A model generated the notes under the pieces. It was not told the origin of the DNA and searched no databases. It was given only the letters and a program-made list of their open reading frames with translations. Both the position numbers and the translations under genes were made by a program. A stretch of DNA of 64,000 bases from a virus (Duplodnaviria; Caudoviricetes): IMG/VR virus record IMGVR_UViG_3300022591_000002; one strand, written 5' to 3'. Below, piece by piece: positions 36,283 to 50,100 of the stretch (the first letter of the stretch is position 1; the number at the start of each line of letters is the position of its first letter).

Positions 36283-38187
36283 TTATTGTCCGATCTGTCC
36301 ACCTAAAGGAGTGTTAGTCCAAGGGTGTTTAAATGCGTTAAGTGTGTACATAATTGACACAGTATTAGTATTTGTTGATTGAGGGATCCAAGAAGCAAAC
36401 ACTCGATGAGTAGTATAGGTAGTTGTTGACACATCTACGTTTGATACCCAGTTAATATTGCTAGTTGTACTGCCGTTCACATCGGCACAATAACTATACT
36501 GCTGTTGTATATTATAGGCTCCGCCTGGAATTGCTGTTCCAACTAGGCGAGCTCTGTAAGAACGAACAGGTGTAACATTAGTTGATGTAGTTGTAGGGTA
36601 TTCAATAGCATCAATATCAATGTCAAAACTTGTTGGACCGTATTGACCAGGGTTAACAATACCAATGTAACCTACAGCGTTAGTTAAACTAAACACTTCA
36701 GTTACAGTCATAGCATAAGGCACAGCCGAAACAACACCGCCGTTAACGATTGCAGGAATAGGGTTTGACGATCTTACGTTCCAGATATTGTTAGGGTATA
36801 CTGTAGTTCCGGGAACTATGGTGCTATCTGATTTTTCGTAATCTCTGTATGAAAGTCCAGAACGCAATCTAGCAGTATCTTGTCCTGCATCGTGATGTAG
36901 CTGTCCTTTAACACTCAATCTGTTAGTTACTGTACTAATGTAGCTTCTTTGATAATTAATTGTCCAGTTTGTAGCTGTGTTATACGCTTCAACTACGTTA
37001 GGATATGTTGTATTTGCAGGAGCATTTGGATCAACAACTTTAATAATGCCTGCCATAGACAAGTGGAATTGGCAGTTATAGTATAATGTACTAGGTGTAT
37101 CGTTAGCTACTACCCAAGTAACAACACCTGTATCTGTACCGTTGTTTGTAATGCCAACGTTATATTGATTTCCAGTTCCTCTGCCAGCAACTGAATTAAT
37201 CCAGAACGGATGACCTGCCGCATTAAGATTAAATGTATATGTGTTTCCTCTAACTACCCACACAGTTGCATCATTTACACCGTCAACAGCATAGGCTTGG
37301 TGAGGAGGAACAACGTCAATAATAAATTGATGATTGTTTGCTTGTCCTTGTACTGATGTTTCGTAGAACGCACTAACAGCAGGAGTCCATGTTATGTACT
37401 GTTGACCGTAAAATACCGACCCATAGGCCGCCGGTGTAGCGGCGGTAATTGTAGCTGTGTATGGGCCGCCGCCAGTATCGTAAGTAAACGGGCCAGTAAA
37501 TGTAATTGTGGTTCCAATTATGTCACTTGCTTGATGCAGGCCTGCAGGTAATGCCATGTAGCCTTTTGTAAATTTCCAAGTGCCTGTTTGTGGAACTCCA
37601 CTGGTACCAGCTGTAGAATCCGCTGTTAGTGTTACAGTTGCAGTTGTAGCCGCAATTACAGGAGCTCCGCTAACATTTAATGTTCCATCGGACACTACTG
37701 ACAAACTTGTACCAACTTTAATACCACCCAATGCAGATGACGTAGCAGGAGTTAACGGTACTGCTGATGCACTTAAAACACCAGTAGTTGAATTAATCGA
37801 TAATCCTGCACCTACTACAATACCGCCCAATGTACTTGTAGTAGCTGTTGTTAAGACAAAACTATTTTGTGCGCTGATTGTTCCATCAGCAGTAACACTA
37901 ATATTCGCACCAATCTTAACGCCGCCCAAACGAACGCCTGTTGCTGTTGTTAAAATAAACGAAGCACCTGGATCCCCTTTTGGTCCCTGCGGACCTTGAA
38001 TACCCTGTATACCTTGCGGACCAGTATCTCCGTTTGGACCTTGAGGTCCTACAGCGCCTTGCGGCCCTGTTAGGTTAGTTCTAAGAAAACTATAAGTTAG
38101 TTTTTTGCTGATACCGCCATCAACTACAAGGAATGTAGATTGATCGCTTAGTTGGGTAACAACGGGCAGTTGTGTTATTTTTGTCAT
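36283..38187 (-). CDS. Fibre protein with collagen repeats and a cupredoxin-like domain
   Basis: (Gly-X-Y)11, three AT...LGG.K.G..L.V...G repeats, then GHPF...YNCQFHLSMAG. Confidence 0.8.
   Translation of the reverse strand: MTKITQLPVVTQLSDQSTFLVVDGGISKKLTYSFLRTNLTGPQGAVGPQGPNGDTGPQGIQGIQGPQGPKGDPGASFILTTATGVRLGGVKIGANISVTADGTISAQNSFVLTTATTSTLGGIVVGAGLSINSTTGVLSASAVPLTPATSSALGGIKVGTSLSVVSDGTLNVSGAPVIAATTATVTLTADSTAGTSGVPQTGTWKFTKGYMALPAGLHQASDIIGTTITFTGPFTYDTGGGPYTATITAATPAAYGSVFYGQQYITWTPAVSAFYETSVQGQANNHQFIIDVVPPHQAYAVDGVNDATVWVVRGNTYTFNLNAAGHPFWINSVAGRGTGNQYNVGITNNGTDTGVVTWVVANDTPSTLYYNCQFHLSMAGIIKVVDPNAPANTTYPNVVEAYNTATNWTINYQRSYISTVTNRLSVKGQLHHDAGQDTARLRSGLSYRDYEKSDSTIVPGTTVYPNNIWNVRSSNPIPAIVNGGVVSAVPYAMTVTEVFSLTNAVGYIGIVNPGQYGPTSFDIDIDAIEYPTTTSTNVTPVRSYRARLVGTAIPGGAYNIQQQYSYCADVNGSTTSNINWVSNVDVSTTTYTTHRVFASWIPQSTNTNTVSIMYTLNAFKHPWTNTPLGGQIGQ
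37966..38067 (-). repeat. Collagen-like Gly-X-Y repeat (11 triplets)
   Basis: GPQ GAV GPQ GPN GDT GPQ GIQ GIQ GPQ GPK GDP G. Confidence 0.9.
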
Positions 38188-38190
38188 TTT

Positions 38191-41100
38191 TTAATCACCT
38201 TCAATTGGGTTTCCGTTCTCATCTTGTAATACAGCTTCTGTTTCTAGGATAATTACCGCATCACCGCCGAAGTAGTTGTCATCTGGCAACTGAGCAGTAT
38301 CTTGCGATAGGAATCCTCGTACAGATTCTGTAAATTCTTGTCCTGGTCTTAATACTATTTGGCTTGCATGTGCAGGGTCTGCAAATTCTGATAGCTTGAA
38401 CATACTCTGACCAACTCGTTGTCTTACGACTAATTCTAATCCTGGCTGAACATCAATATTTAACTGTACTGTAGGAGTTGTTAAACTATTTGTTATCGTA
38501 AACTCTGGCATAATTACCACACTACTCAAGTTGCCGCTACTGTCTTGTTGATTAGAATCGTATGCTACTGGATTGAATACTACTACTGTATTTGTAGTAG
38601 GTTTCAGCAGTCTGCGTCCGCCGTAGAACACATCAACTTGATCCCAAGGGTTAGCAAGAGAGTTAAAGTTAATCATCTTGTCAGCACTTGTATCCGATGG
38701 ATTTAATACAAACGTAGTGTTTGTATTTGTTGACATAAACGTCTGAGTGATTGTTCTTTCTGCAACAGGAACATTTACGCCCGGGCCTTGGTCAATTACT
38801 TTTGTGCCAGATGGATATCCAGATCTTGCACCTGTTCCCATAGTACCACGAGTAAGTTGTCCTAACACATTGCCAAACTTAGTAAAGTATTCAATACGCT
38901 CACCGGCAACATAAATGATACCAGGTAAGTTCTTAGCTGGGTTAGGATCACTTAATACTGAACCATTTTCAACTAGTATAGTGCTATCAGTAATTAACAA
39001 CGGATTAGCTAGAGCTGTTGTTGCTTTATCACCAATGCGCTTGATACTTGTGCGACCTAAAATGTCTGTAAACATTCTATAGGTCATGCTACCAATAAAG
39101 GCATTTTGACTCATACTTGTAATAACAACTGTGTCATTTGTGCCGGTATAGAAACTTGGTCTGATAGTAATTGTTACACCGTCGCTAGCAACTGTGTAAT
39201 CAATATCTGCAATTAGACTCTTTTGATTGTACTCAACCCAGATGTAAGCGGTATCAAACACAGGTCTTTGAATCTGATATGTGTTTTGTACATTACCTTT
39301 GAATTTTTCTTTTCTAATAAAATCACCATCGTGATTGGTAAACGATGTAATTCTAATATTATCGTTAGGAGTTCTAGTTAGATTTTGCAATAATAATTTG
39401 TTATTGCTAATTTGATATTCGTAGTTGTCAAAGATTACAAAAGCAAGTGCATCTCCTTTCTGTAAACGACCTTCTGGGAATTCAACAATACCTTGTGCAG
39501 AATTCAAGAAATAGTTTAGAGGAGTTTGTTCTAATTTTTCACCGTTTAACCAAACTTCAAATATTGAATTATCAATTTGACCCTTAGTATAGTTAATGTC
39601 TTGATTTAAACTATAACCCTGTGCATCAATAATAGTCCACTCAATTGTTGATCCTGGAGGATAAGCATTTGTATTTCCTGGAGGATAAGCAATTATTGTA
39701 CCTGTAGATGTAGCGGTTGTAAACTGTGCAATAGTTCCTGTGCCTTTTAATTGGAAGGCTTTTAAGTTGTCTCCAACAATATAGTAAATTGTTGAAGGAG
39801 GAATTAATCTACGGCCATTAAGTTCAACAATCACCTGACTGCTGTAAGGACCTGCAACGCCTGGCGGTTGTTCTAAGTTGAACTGAATGCCCTGCGCTCT
39901 TGGAATTACTTGTGTATATACTTCGCCGCTGGCTTTGAATGGAGCATCAAAATACCAAACTTGTGTCTTATTCAACGCGGCATTGTTAATACCTTCAATA
40001 ACACCTGGTTTAATAATATTTAGATATCCACGAGGATTTTCTTCGTTCTCTCTGCCAACGGCCTTAGATAAGGTATAACCGTAAGTTTGATTTCCTGCAC
40101 CTGTAAACTTAGGAACTGGAATACCGTTTACTGTTACGTATACGCTACCAATGTCTTTGTAAGCTACTGGAGACAATACGTTGATAGTACGGGCCGCACT
40201 AAACACAACCTGTTTGTCCAACACGTTAACCCCGCCAACATCAAACGAACTAATGCTTAAGAAATCAGGACCAGGTAATGGAGCCAACAATCCCAAGTTA
40301 TTATTTGTAATATCTAACACATAGTCGACACCAAAGTGCAATGGCTTATTGCCAGCTACCACAATTAAAGAACTTGTGTTAGCAATGTTGCCCATGTTAA
40401 ATGACTGTGTCTGTCCATCTAACTGATACTTGTAGTTTTTAATAACAGGAGCACTTAAGAATTGTGTGTTGTTTGTTGTTGTGTTAACGCTAAACACGCT
40501 GATAGCAACAGACTCTTGAATTTCTCCAGGAATCATTTCTTCTGGCGCATGGCTAGCGTTAGCTGATAAGAATGAATCACCGTCAATAACAATTTCAGAT
40601 GCGCCAATACCTAAAATAACTCCTTGATCAAAGTTACCGCCACTCATTAGGGTATCTAGACTTTCTTCGTCAGTTGGAACTAATGTGCCGTCATCTGTAG
40701 AACTTCTAAACACTACAATATTGTTAGATGTAGAAATGGTTGTAATTCCAATACCAAAGTTACCTGGATCGGATGTATAAGATAATGTAACAGTGGTAGT
40801 TGATGCAGTTGTAGCAACGTAAGTACCATTGTATAGATCGTTACTGTTACCTGCAACAATCCAGTTACCTAAAACAGGCGCACTGGTTTGTGTAAAGATT
40901 CCTAAGGTAACTGCAAAAGGTCCTGTTCCTGTTTTACTTACAAAGTTAGTAACAGTTGTAGTTGGTAGGAATAAATTGTGTGGAATATAAACTGTACCAT
41001 ATGTACCTGTACCGTGTAATGGTAGTGTCACCGCTCCGGTTGCTGTATTATCAATACGGATTCCGTTTAGATAGGTATTAATAGTTGTACCTGTACTAAT

Positions 41101-44100
41101 CTTGAACGGTGTTATTACTGCTACATTGCCATTTGTTAAGTAATTTATTTGAGATGTTAAACTAGCAATTTCACCGTTAACAAATGATAACTGAGTTTCT
41201 ACGTCACCCAATTGTGAAATTAAAGTGGAGTAGTAGGGATTTGGAACCTGTTGAACTCCAAGACCTGTTGAAACAGTAATAAACTCTGGAACACTACCCA
41301 GTGTGTTGGTAATATAAGCAATTTGACTTGTTAAACTGTCTCGCTGTGATTGTGCCGCACTACGCTCAGTTAATAACAAACTTGCATCATTATTTGTAGT
41401 ATTCTGAGGATTTAGCACAACTGCATAGTTTTCACTAGGAGCATAGTTATCCCAAGATGTAGTCCAGTACGGCAACACTCCAAAGCCACCGGAGAAGCTG
41501 TATGGCAATGTATCTACTTTAACTGCCGGATAGTCAAATCCTACCATTAACTGACCAAGTTGGTTAGCACCAGGCATACCCGACATTGGAGCATAGTAAT
41601 CTTGTATTCTATCAACGGCTGTAAACAAACTAACGTCTTTTGGATATGTTATTTCAATCTTAGTTTGTATTGTAGGAACTGCATTCAACTGTAGAATTGC
41701 AAATTTCTTGTTGTACGAAGTATCTGCTTGCTCGTATGTAGTTGTACGGCCTGTTGGACTGTACATAACATATGATGAACCTGTGTTTGTTACAAAAGGT
41801 TTTTCAGAAGTTATAATAGAGAACGAATCTGCTAACTGTAAAACTCCGTTTATAGTTAATGTAATAAGTCCTTTGTCATGTGATGGTACCCATGTTAGTG
41901 GGAAACGATATGCACTACCGTCGGCTGTAAACTTATCAGTAAAGTATTTGCTACCAATTTCTCTTCCAAAACCCACACGGTCAAACTTTAATGTTACTGC
42001 TGTAGAGCGAACTTTATTATTTGCTAACTGTGCATAGGCTGTTGCTGTTACTACTTTTGGACCTCCTCCGCCTGTAATTACAACAGTTGGAGTTGATGCG
42101 TAGCCTGATCCAGGGTTGGTTACAATAATCTTGTAGACTGCACCGTTAGAAATATAAGCATCAGCAGTTGCGCCAGAGCCTAAGTCGCCAGGTGCTGGAA
42201 TGATTTGAACCGCTGGAGCAAACTGATATCCAGAGCCGCCGTTGGTTACTAATATTTCTCCAACGTGGTAAGCATAGTTTTTAAACCAGTTATTCCATGG
42301 AGCAACTAAAAGTTCACCGTTACCAAAGCCTACTGTACGGAAACGTTTCTGATTCTGATCCCAATAGCTAGGTAAGTCAAAGTCTGTAACTAGTGTACTG
42401 CTGTATTCAGTTGCTGTATAGTTTACAGTAAAGTTACGAATCTTAGTATGGTAAGGTTTAACTTCGTTAATGTAAGATTCATAGTAACTACTGTCTTGTA
42501 GTTTATATGTTGGACGTTGATCTAATTGACCAGCATGATTAGTTACGCTAATAAACGTAGTCTTAAATGCCCAGTCTAGATTCTTCTGTTCGCTAAACGC
42601 ATACTTAACTGCCTTAAAGAATAATGTATTCCAATTTACTTTTAGATCAGATATGAATAGATCTTTTCTTAACGCTTCTAAGATATAGAATAGTTCTGCG
42701 TCTGGGGTTTGGTCAAATTCAGTTTGGTCAAATGATGAAATTTCGTCAAACGCATATACAGAATTAACAGTATTCCATAGGTTGCTGGTAATTTGAATAG
42801 TACCGTTTTCGCTCACCATTAGATCCCAGTTAGCATCAAATGTACCTACAAGGTTACCTGGAGCAGTTCTTCTTAGGATTAGGTATCGGCCATCGCCGCC
42901 GTTTCTAACTTTTACATAGTTACCGGCTGGTAGATCTTGTACAATATCTAATTCGTATGTGCTATCAACTGTAGTGATAGGAGGCTGTAATGCATTGTAT
43001 GATGGATCGTACCAGTTTACATAATTCCAATAGTATGTTGTATTGAACGTTTGTGTCTTAGTCTTACTCCATTCCTGACGTCTAGCATTCCATTGATAGA
43101 TTGACCAACGGCCATTACTATTACTATCAGTTTGAACTGCTATAGTGTATGGACGAATGTTTGCGGTCGCCGTTGTGTAACCTGAACCAGGATTGATAAT
43201 GTCAAAGTTAAAAATTCTGCCTTGACTGTCTATCATAGTTCTTATAACTGCGCCTGTACCGTCACCTGTAATTTCAATATACGGTGCATTGTTTGGATTG
43301 TATCCGTAACCTGCATTTAAAATATTAACAGTATCAATACCACCGTTAGTGTTAGGAACAACTTCAACTACTGCCTGCACAAAGAATTTAGTGATTGTAA
43401 AATTCAATGTAGCAATGTCAGGAACTGTTGTATCGTAAAGTCCTAAATTTGTTGCTGGAATTTCTTCCATAGCATTTAAATTATCAAATTTACGAACTCC
43501 GTTGATTAGAGTTTTTGCTAATACGGTGTTTGCATATTCAAAGATATTTCGCATAGCTTCAAATCTGTCAACAAACATACTTTGGCGCGGACGGATTCCA
43601 ATGCCGTACTGCAAACGTTTTGGTAATGATGGATCAGGAACTGCGTTACCTAAAGTGTCATGACCTAAAATACTGTCAATCATCTTTTGCTCTAGCATAC
43701 TGTTAGGCATGCTTTCTGGATTGCCTTCCTCGACTAATAACCATTCTGTATGAATAGCAGTAGGATTGCTTATAGAATCCATTTCAATAGCAAGATGAAT
43801 ATTTTCAGATACTAATGAATTCTTATAGTTGACTAATGCTATTGCACTAGGGCCAACTATTGTTGCATAACGTAATCCCTGTGCTTGCGGATTACTAATA
43901 ATACTAGCAACTTCGTAAGCACTAATTCTTCTGTTAGTTGATGCAGGAATAACTGTTTTGTTCTTGACCCAGAAATAGTAAATGTTTGTAAATGAACTTG
44001 AAACAGAATTATAAACTTGTTTTACACTCATTACCGAGTTGTCACCAAATTTTGGTTGTCCGCTTACGCCTAACGCAAGGCCTTCTGGAGTATCTGCTAA

Positions 44101-47100
44101 CGCACTCCACTGGCTTGGTAAGTACTCACTGGCTACCCATTCGTAAACATCAAAAGTACTACCTGGGAATACTCCTCCCCAGTTGTTTCTTCTGTATTCG
44201 TAATCCCCTTGCTCATACCACATGTATTTTACTGAGCTTAGATCCCACCATAGTTCACCTACGTGTTCATCAATCCAGTTAGTGTTTGTGTCAACAACAA
44301 CACCTGTTACACCAATGCTGTAAACAGCAGGATCAAATAGAGATTTGAATCTTAACTCTTGATCTGCTTGCCCTGGAATATTGCCCTTAATTGGATCAAT
44401 GAATTCTAGGTAATCAACAATTTCTTCATTAAAATCGTCGATGGTGATTACACGGTTAACTTTATTAAGGTCAACTAGATCATTCTCAGTACGAGATAAT
44501 TTCCATGTTTCTGTTGTGCCATCTTTACCTGTGAATACTACAAGTTGTCCTGTACCAACTCCGTTGATCTTACTTGTTGGGGCGCCAACAAGTACTTTAT
44601 CTTTTGTAATAGTTGCATTATTACCAAAACTACTGCTACTAGCTACTTGGGCAGATTCAATTTGCTGACCGTAAGCAAAGTAGTTGTTGTACTGATTATA
44701 GACGTATGCAGATCCAGAATTTGTTATACCGGATACAAAGGTTGTTGCTCCGGAGTCCCAAGATGGAATATTAGTTCTCATGCCACTTGCAGGATCCAAT
44801 GTGTAAGGAGTAGCCGAAGTAGAGTTTATTCTTGCTGAATACTTGTCAAAAGTTGTAGTTCTTGTATAGGCATTTCCAAACGCTGTAATTACAAGTGTAT
44901 TATTATTTGTAGGGCTTACTGCAAAATCGTAGCCAAATGTTAGTCCGCTAATTTGATTTGGAGACTGGATAACTTGGTTAACTACATATCCTGCGCTAGT
45001 TAATGTTGAAACAACAACTGCACCTTTTGTAATTCCTTCTTGATAAGAAGGTAATGATGTAAACAAGAATTTTGCATCGTTAGACATAACAACTTTTACA
45101 CCAAGACCATATGATTGATCTAGTCCTAAAGATGCATAGGTAATTACCTGCGTTAGATGTAATGTTGTATTAGTTAAAGTATAGATTATAATTTCGCCGG
45201 CGCCCGGAGCACCAACAGCAACATATGACACACTAGAAGTACCGGTTGTTGTACCAAAGTCACTAATTGAATAACCAAATTGTGCATTTGATGTAGATGT
45301 TGTAATGTACAATGCCGATACGTTTGTTGCTGTAATGTTTACGTTTGTTGCAGTAACATCAGACAATGTATATTGATATACACGACCATTAGCTTCGCCA
45401 GGAGCACCAATTAACAAGAACTTACTGCCTGCCTGTTGTTGTATTGCCATATCTTGGCCAAACAAACTTCCAGCTTGTGCATCAGGACTACCAATAACGT
45501 GCAATGTGTTTTGGAAAGTTGTTAATGTATTGATGTTTGAAATTTTAACTAGGCCGCAATTATCTAATCGGTTGCCTGTTACATTATTAACACCGTATGC
45601 GACATGCTGTGTAGAACTTGTAGAAAGTTTTAAATTACTTGCATTTGGCGCACTAACAATAAACAATCCATCATCAGGTTGATGAAGAACTTTTGCACCA
45701 AAGTTTCCGCAAATTGCAGAGTCAGAATAGATAACTGAGGAATCGTTTAGTTCCCAGCTTGTAATAGAAGACAATGCTGTAACAATTTCATTGTCTACAT
45801 TTCTCACTAGTTCTTGAGTATAATAGTAAACGCGGCCGCCGCCTGTGTTGGCTCCTTGACCTAATGTAGAATTTACATATCCTGGTGCAGAAACAAGTAA
45901 TGTATTATTATCTGAGGACGCATAGATTGTTGATCCGTATCTTGCACCTTCGCTAGAAATACCACTAGTTAACGCATTGCTTGTAAAGTTATCAACTTTT
46001 TCAAACACGGCCCATTTGCCATATTGATCATTGACCCATACTTTATTACCTGCTGAAGATTTTTCTAGAACAGGATTGTATCGAATATCATCAAACTTGT
46101 CTAATCTTGCTGATGTAAATTGGAACAATAATCCAACCATTGTTTCTGAACTTGCTGGAATGTTTGTCAGTGTAGTGTTTACTAAGAATGTAAACGGACT
46201 AGGAACTCCAACTACGATGTAAATGGCATCTAAGCCTGTGCTAAAACGAGTCACACTAACAATGTCACCGACTTTTAAACCGTGTTGCATGTCAGTTGTG
46301 AATGAGAACTGATTTGGAGCACCTGTTAATAATTCAGCTGATACTGCTTTTGCATCAATCTGAGTATAACGCAATACATCCCAATCGCCGTCTTCTTTAA
46401 AGCCTAACCATAATACATCACCTTCAGAAAGTTGTGCAGGATTAGCAATATCTAAAATACTGTTTTTGTTATAAACTGTTGCCTTAACGTCGTCGTAATG
46501 TACAAATCCAGCTGTTGGCATTTTTATACTGTTACTGTTATAGGTAGCAGTAGTAGTTGCAAACACAGAATCTGAAGTATAATCATCAGGTTTTACTAAT
46601 AGATCGTAAGGTGTTTTGTAGTAAATTAAATCATTAGCTACTGTAGGTACTTGATCAATAAATTCAATCAGTTGAGGATTTTCAAAGAATTTAGAATCAC
46701 TCAATGACACTTCAAGTTCACGTTTTGTGTTAAGGCCGCCGTATGTACCAACACGCAATGCCCAAGTTTCATTATAGGTAACTTGTCCTTTTAGATTATG
46801 AATACTTGCTTTTGCTAGTTTGTCAATAGCATTCTTTGTACCTTTTTCTTTGATGTATCCTTGATAAAATTTGTACTGTGCAATAGGATCATTAAAGATA
46901 TTGTCTAGATAAATTCTAGGAGTATAGCCTGTTAGGTGCTGTGCCATCTTTTCTTGGCCAGCATCAAAGTTATCAATATCTAAACTATAGAAATCTTCAA
47001 ATTGATTAATCTTATAATCAAAGTTTGGATATAATTTAGGTACAGGTTTACCTGGTAACAAACTCCAAGATGCAAAATTAAAACTTGCTGTTCCTGGAAT

Positions 47101-50100
47101 TAATTTATTAGTACCGTAATATTTTCCGTTGTAACGAACAATGTCTCCTGCTTGGTAGTCAGTGTATTGTGCCCAAGTTTGAATTTCTGCATTGTCGTAG
47201 ACAAATCCAGGACTAAAGAAATCACCTGTCCAGTTTGCAGTTCTAAAGCCGTTTACATTAATACGTTGCTGACGATAGCCTGTTTCAATTTGATAGATAA
47301 TATCACCAAACAGACTTATGTTGCTCATAATAATAGCATGTTCTTTTTGTACTGTACTAAACTGTGTAAAGAAGATACCTTCAGTAGTATTAATTGTTTG
47401 AATTATGAAATAGCTGTCTTGACGGCTAATTGTATAATTGTGTTGGGGGAATGGACCGCCATCTGTTTTATACAGATTGTATTCGTAGTATGGATTTTCT
47501 AAATCGTCAACTACACCAGAAGTCATTTTAAATTTTACTTTATCAGCAAAAGGACTTAGTGTAATAATAGAGTTAGGTTGCCAGTTTTGTGTTGTCCAGT
47601 ATAAGAATTCTCTACCACTAAATGTCCAGTCCATTACTTCGTTTAAGTCTGGCTGTACTTCATCAAAAACAAATCCTTGCTCAGTTAACCATTCACCATA
47701 ACCGACGATTATATCAAATATTGCCTGTACAGTTGGAAATGTTGTGCCATAAGGTATTAACGTAACATCAGTATCAAAACTTGATGCGCCATAAACTGTT
47801 ACTCCGCCTTGGCTAGGCAATGTTGGAAGTTGCTGGAAATATTGTGAGCTACCAAATGACTGACCTGCTGTATGCGGCAATGTTGTAATGTAATATCCAC
47901 CTGCGTGTGATACATATTGACCTTTTTGGTAGAACTTACCGGCTGTCCATGTTACATAAGCAACACTTACGCCGCCCACGTTAATTACTGGATCAACGTT
48001 TGTTCTAATTGGTTTATAGATTCTAAAGTAAGGACGATGTTTATCGTAACCACGAATAGTGTAGCCATCTGTACCTTTCTGTACAATGATACCAGATGCC
48101 GCAAATGTGTTTGAAGGATTACTTTGATTAAAGTAAATTGCATAATCTTCTTGTGGTAACAATACGCCAGGGTTAGTACTTGTTGGGTCAACCGCATCAA
48201 TAATGATGCGCATTTTTTCTTTACTAATAAATCCGCCCATCTTGGCAAATAAATTATAGTCAATATTTGACAACTCTTTTTGCAACTGAGTAGCATAACC
48301 GTAGGTACGTTGATTATTTGCTTCAATCAATAGTACGCTGTAACCTGATGCACGAATTCTATTGCCGTTGATATCTGTTTGATTCCATAGCAATAGTTGT
48401 GAAATATCTAAGAACTTTTGAACATCTTCTTTAACTAACTGTGTTGCCTGGCTATTTGCAGTTACTAGTTTAGTTGTGTATCTATACTGGCCTGCTTTGT
48501 TCTTAATCATTCTGCTAGGGTCAAACATGTATGCAGAATAAATTGCAGGCTGTGTTAGTGCTAATAACACTTGTAAAGCAAACGGCCATAGACTGCTCTT
48601 ACGCCATGCTGTTTCTGCCGGGCCTTGGTCACCAAATGTCCACTGGCTGTCTAATAATGCACCATTGATGTTTCCTAAGATATTAACAACATCTAATGTT
48701 AGTAAGTTTCCTTGTTCATCTACAGGAATAATATCTAAAAGTTTAGGACGAACGTATAGAGGATCTATACCTGCACGGTCGCCTTGACGAATGCGGCCTT
48801 CGCTTAAATCTTGCCATAACAATAAATTGCCACGAGTATACGGATATGGACCATACTGAGTATCCCACCATGTTGGTTTGATTGTAAAGCCCAACATTTC
48901 CCAAGGGTGTGTATGAGGACGATCAGTGTCAAAATACCACTTGTAAACTGCTCTCCAATGTCCTGGTAAAGGCAAACCTGTTACAAGATCCTGTGCGGCA
49001 TGGTTGCCGTAGTTCCAAGTCTTTGGATCTAAAGAATTAAATGTTTCGTTAGTTTGATAATCAATACCAAAGAACCCTGCCCACTTTAGGAATTCAGGAA
49101 TTAAAATATTGTTAACGTCAAAAGGTCCGTACAGATTGTTACGGAACGCACCTGGAAGAATTTTATTAATGTCTAATAATTCTTTGTTGTAGTGTACTTT
49201 TAAGTTATTGTAAATTCTAGTTTCTAGTTCTAAAATAACATTGTCGCGATAGTCGTTGTATGCAACAGTAATGCTACCATCGTGACCTTGTATAACTTTA
49301 GTAGGTTCAATATAAGTGTCGTCTACATAAATTGTAGGCATATACGCTGGATACAATCCTAACTTTGTAGGAGTTGGAGGAACGTAAGAACCAGCTGTAT
49401 CACCGTAGTCTTTGACTACAATAGTATCTCCATTTTTTAATGTTGCAGATATATGAACGACAGGAGTTATTTGATCAAATGTATAATCTCTATCAACAAT
49501 CAGTTGAGTTCCGTTTAGATACACTAATACACAACGATCACTTAATACTGTGTTATCGTATTTTTCAATCAAGCTGTATGTTGTAATTCTATTGTCAGTA
49601 ACTGTATATGTTCTAGTAATTGCATCTGTGCCAAATGCAACCATATCAGAATAACCGTAGGCAAAAGAACTATTCTTACCAGTAGTTAATCCAAGCATAA
49701 CAGTATCTACTGCTTCTTCTGGACTGTAATTTCCTTGTAGCTCTGTTACTCGTTTTACAAAAGCTAACTTAAATTGTTGATAATGATCTGCAACTTTTTT
49801 AACTGCATCAATTACGCTATGTTCTTTATTACCAATAAAAAATTGTGCAAAACATAAAGGAGTACCGTGACTTATTAATCTAGTTCCGTATTGTGCTACA
49901 GGTCCTAGATCTCTTAAATTGCTATCACCAGGGAAATTGCCTACTAGATCAATAGGTTGTCCTACTGAAATATCTTTTAGACTGTGAGTTATTTCTGCTA
50001 GTGTAAATTCACTAATAGGTCCGTTAAGTGGATTATTAGTTGCAGATAATGTTAGGTCAAAAAATCCGTTACCGTTAGGAGGAGATTTTGTATAGATATT

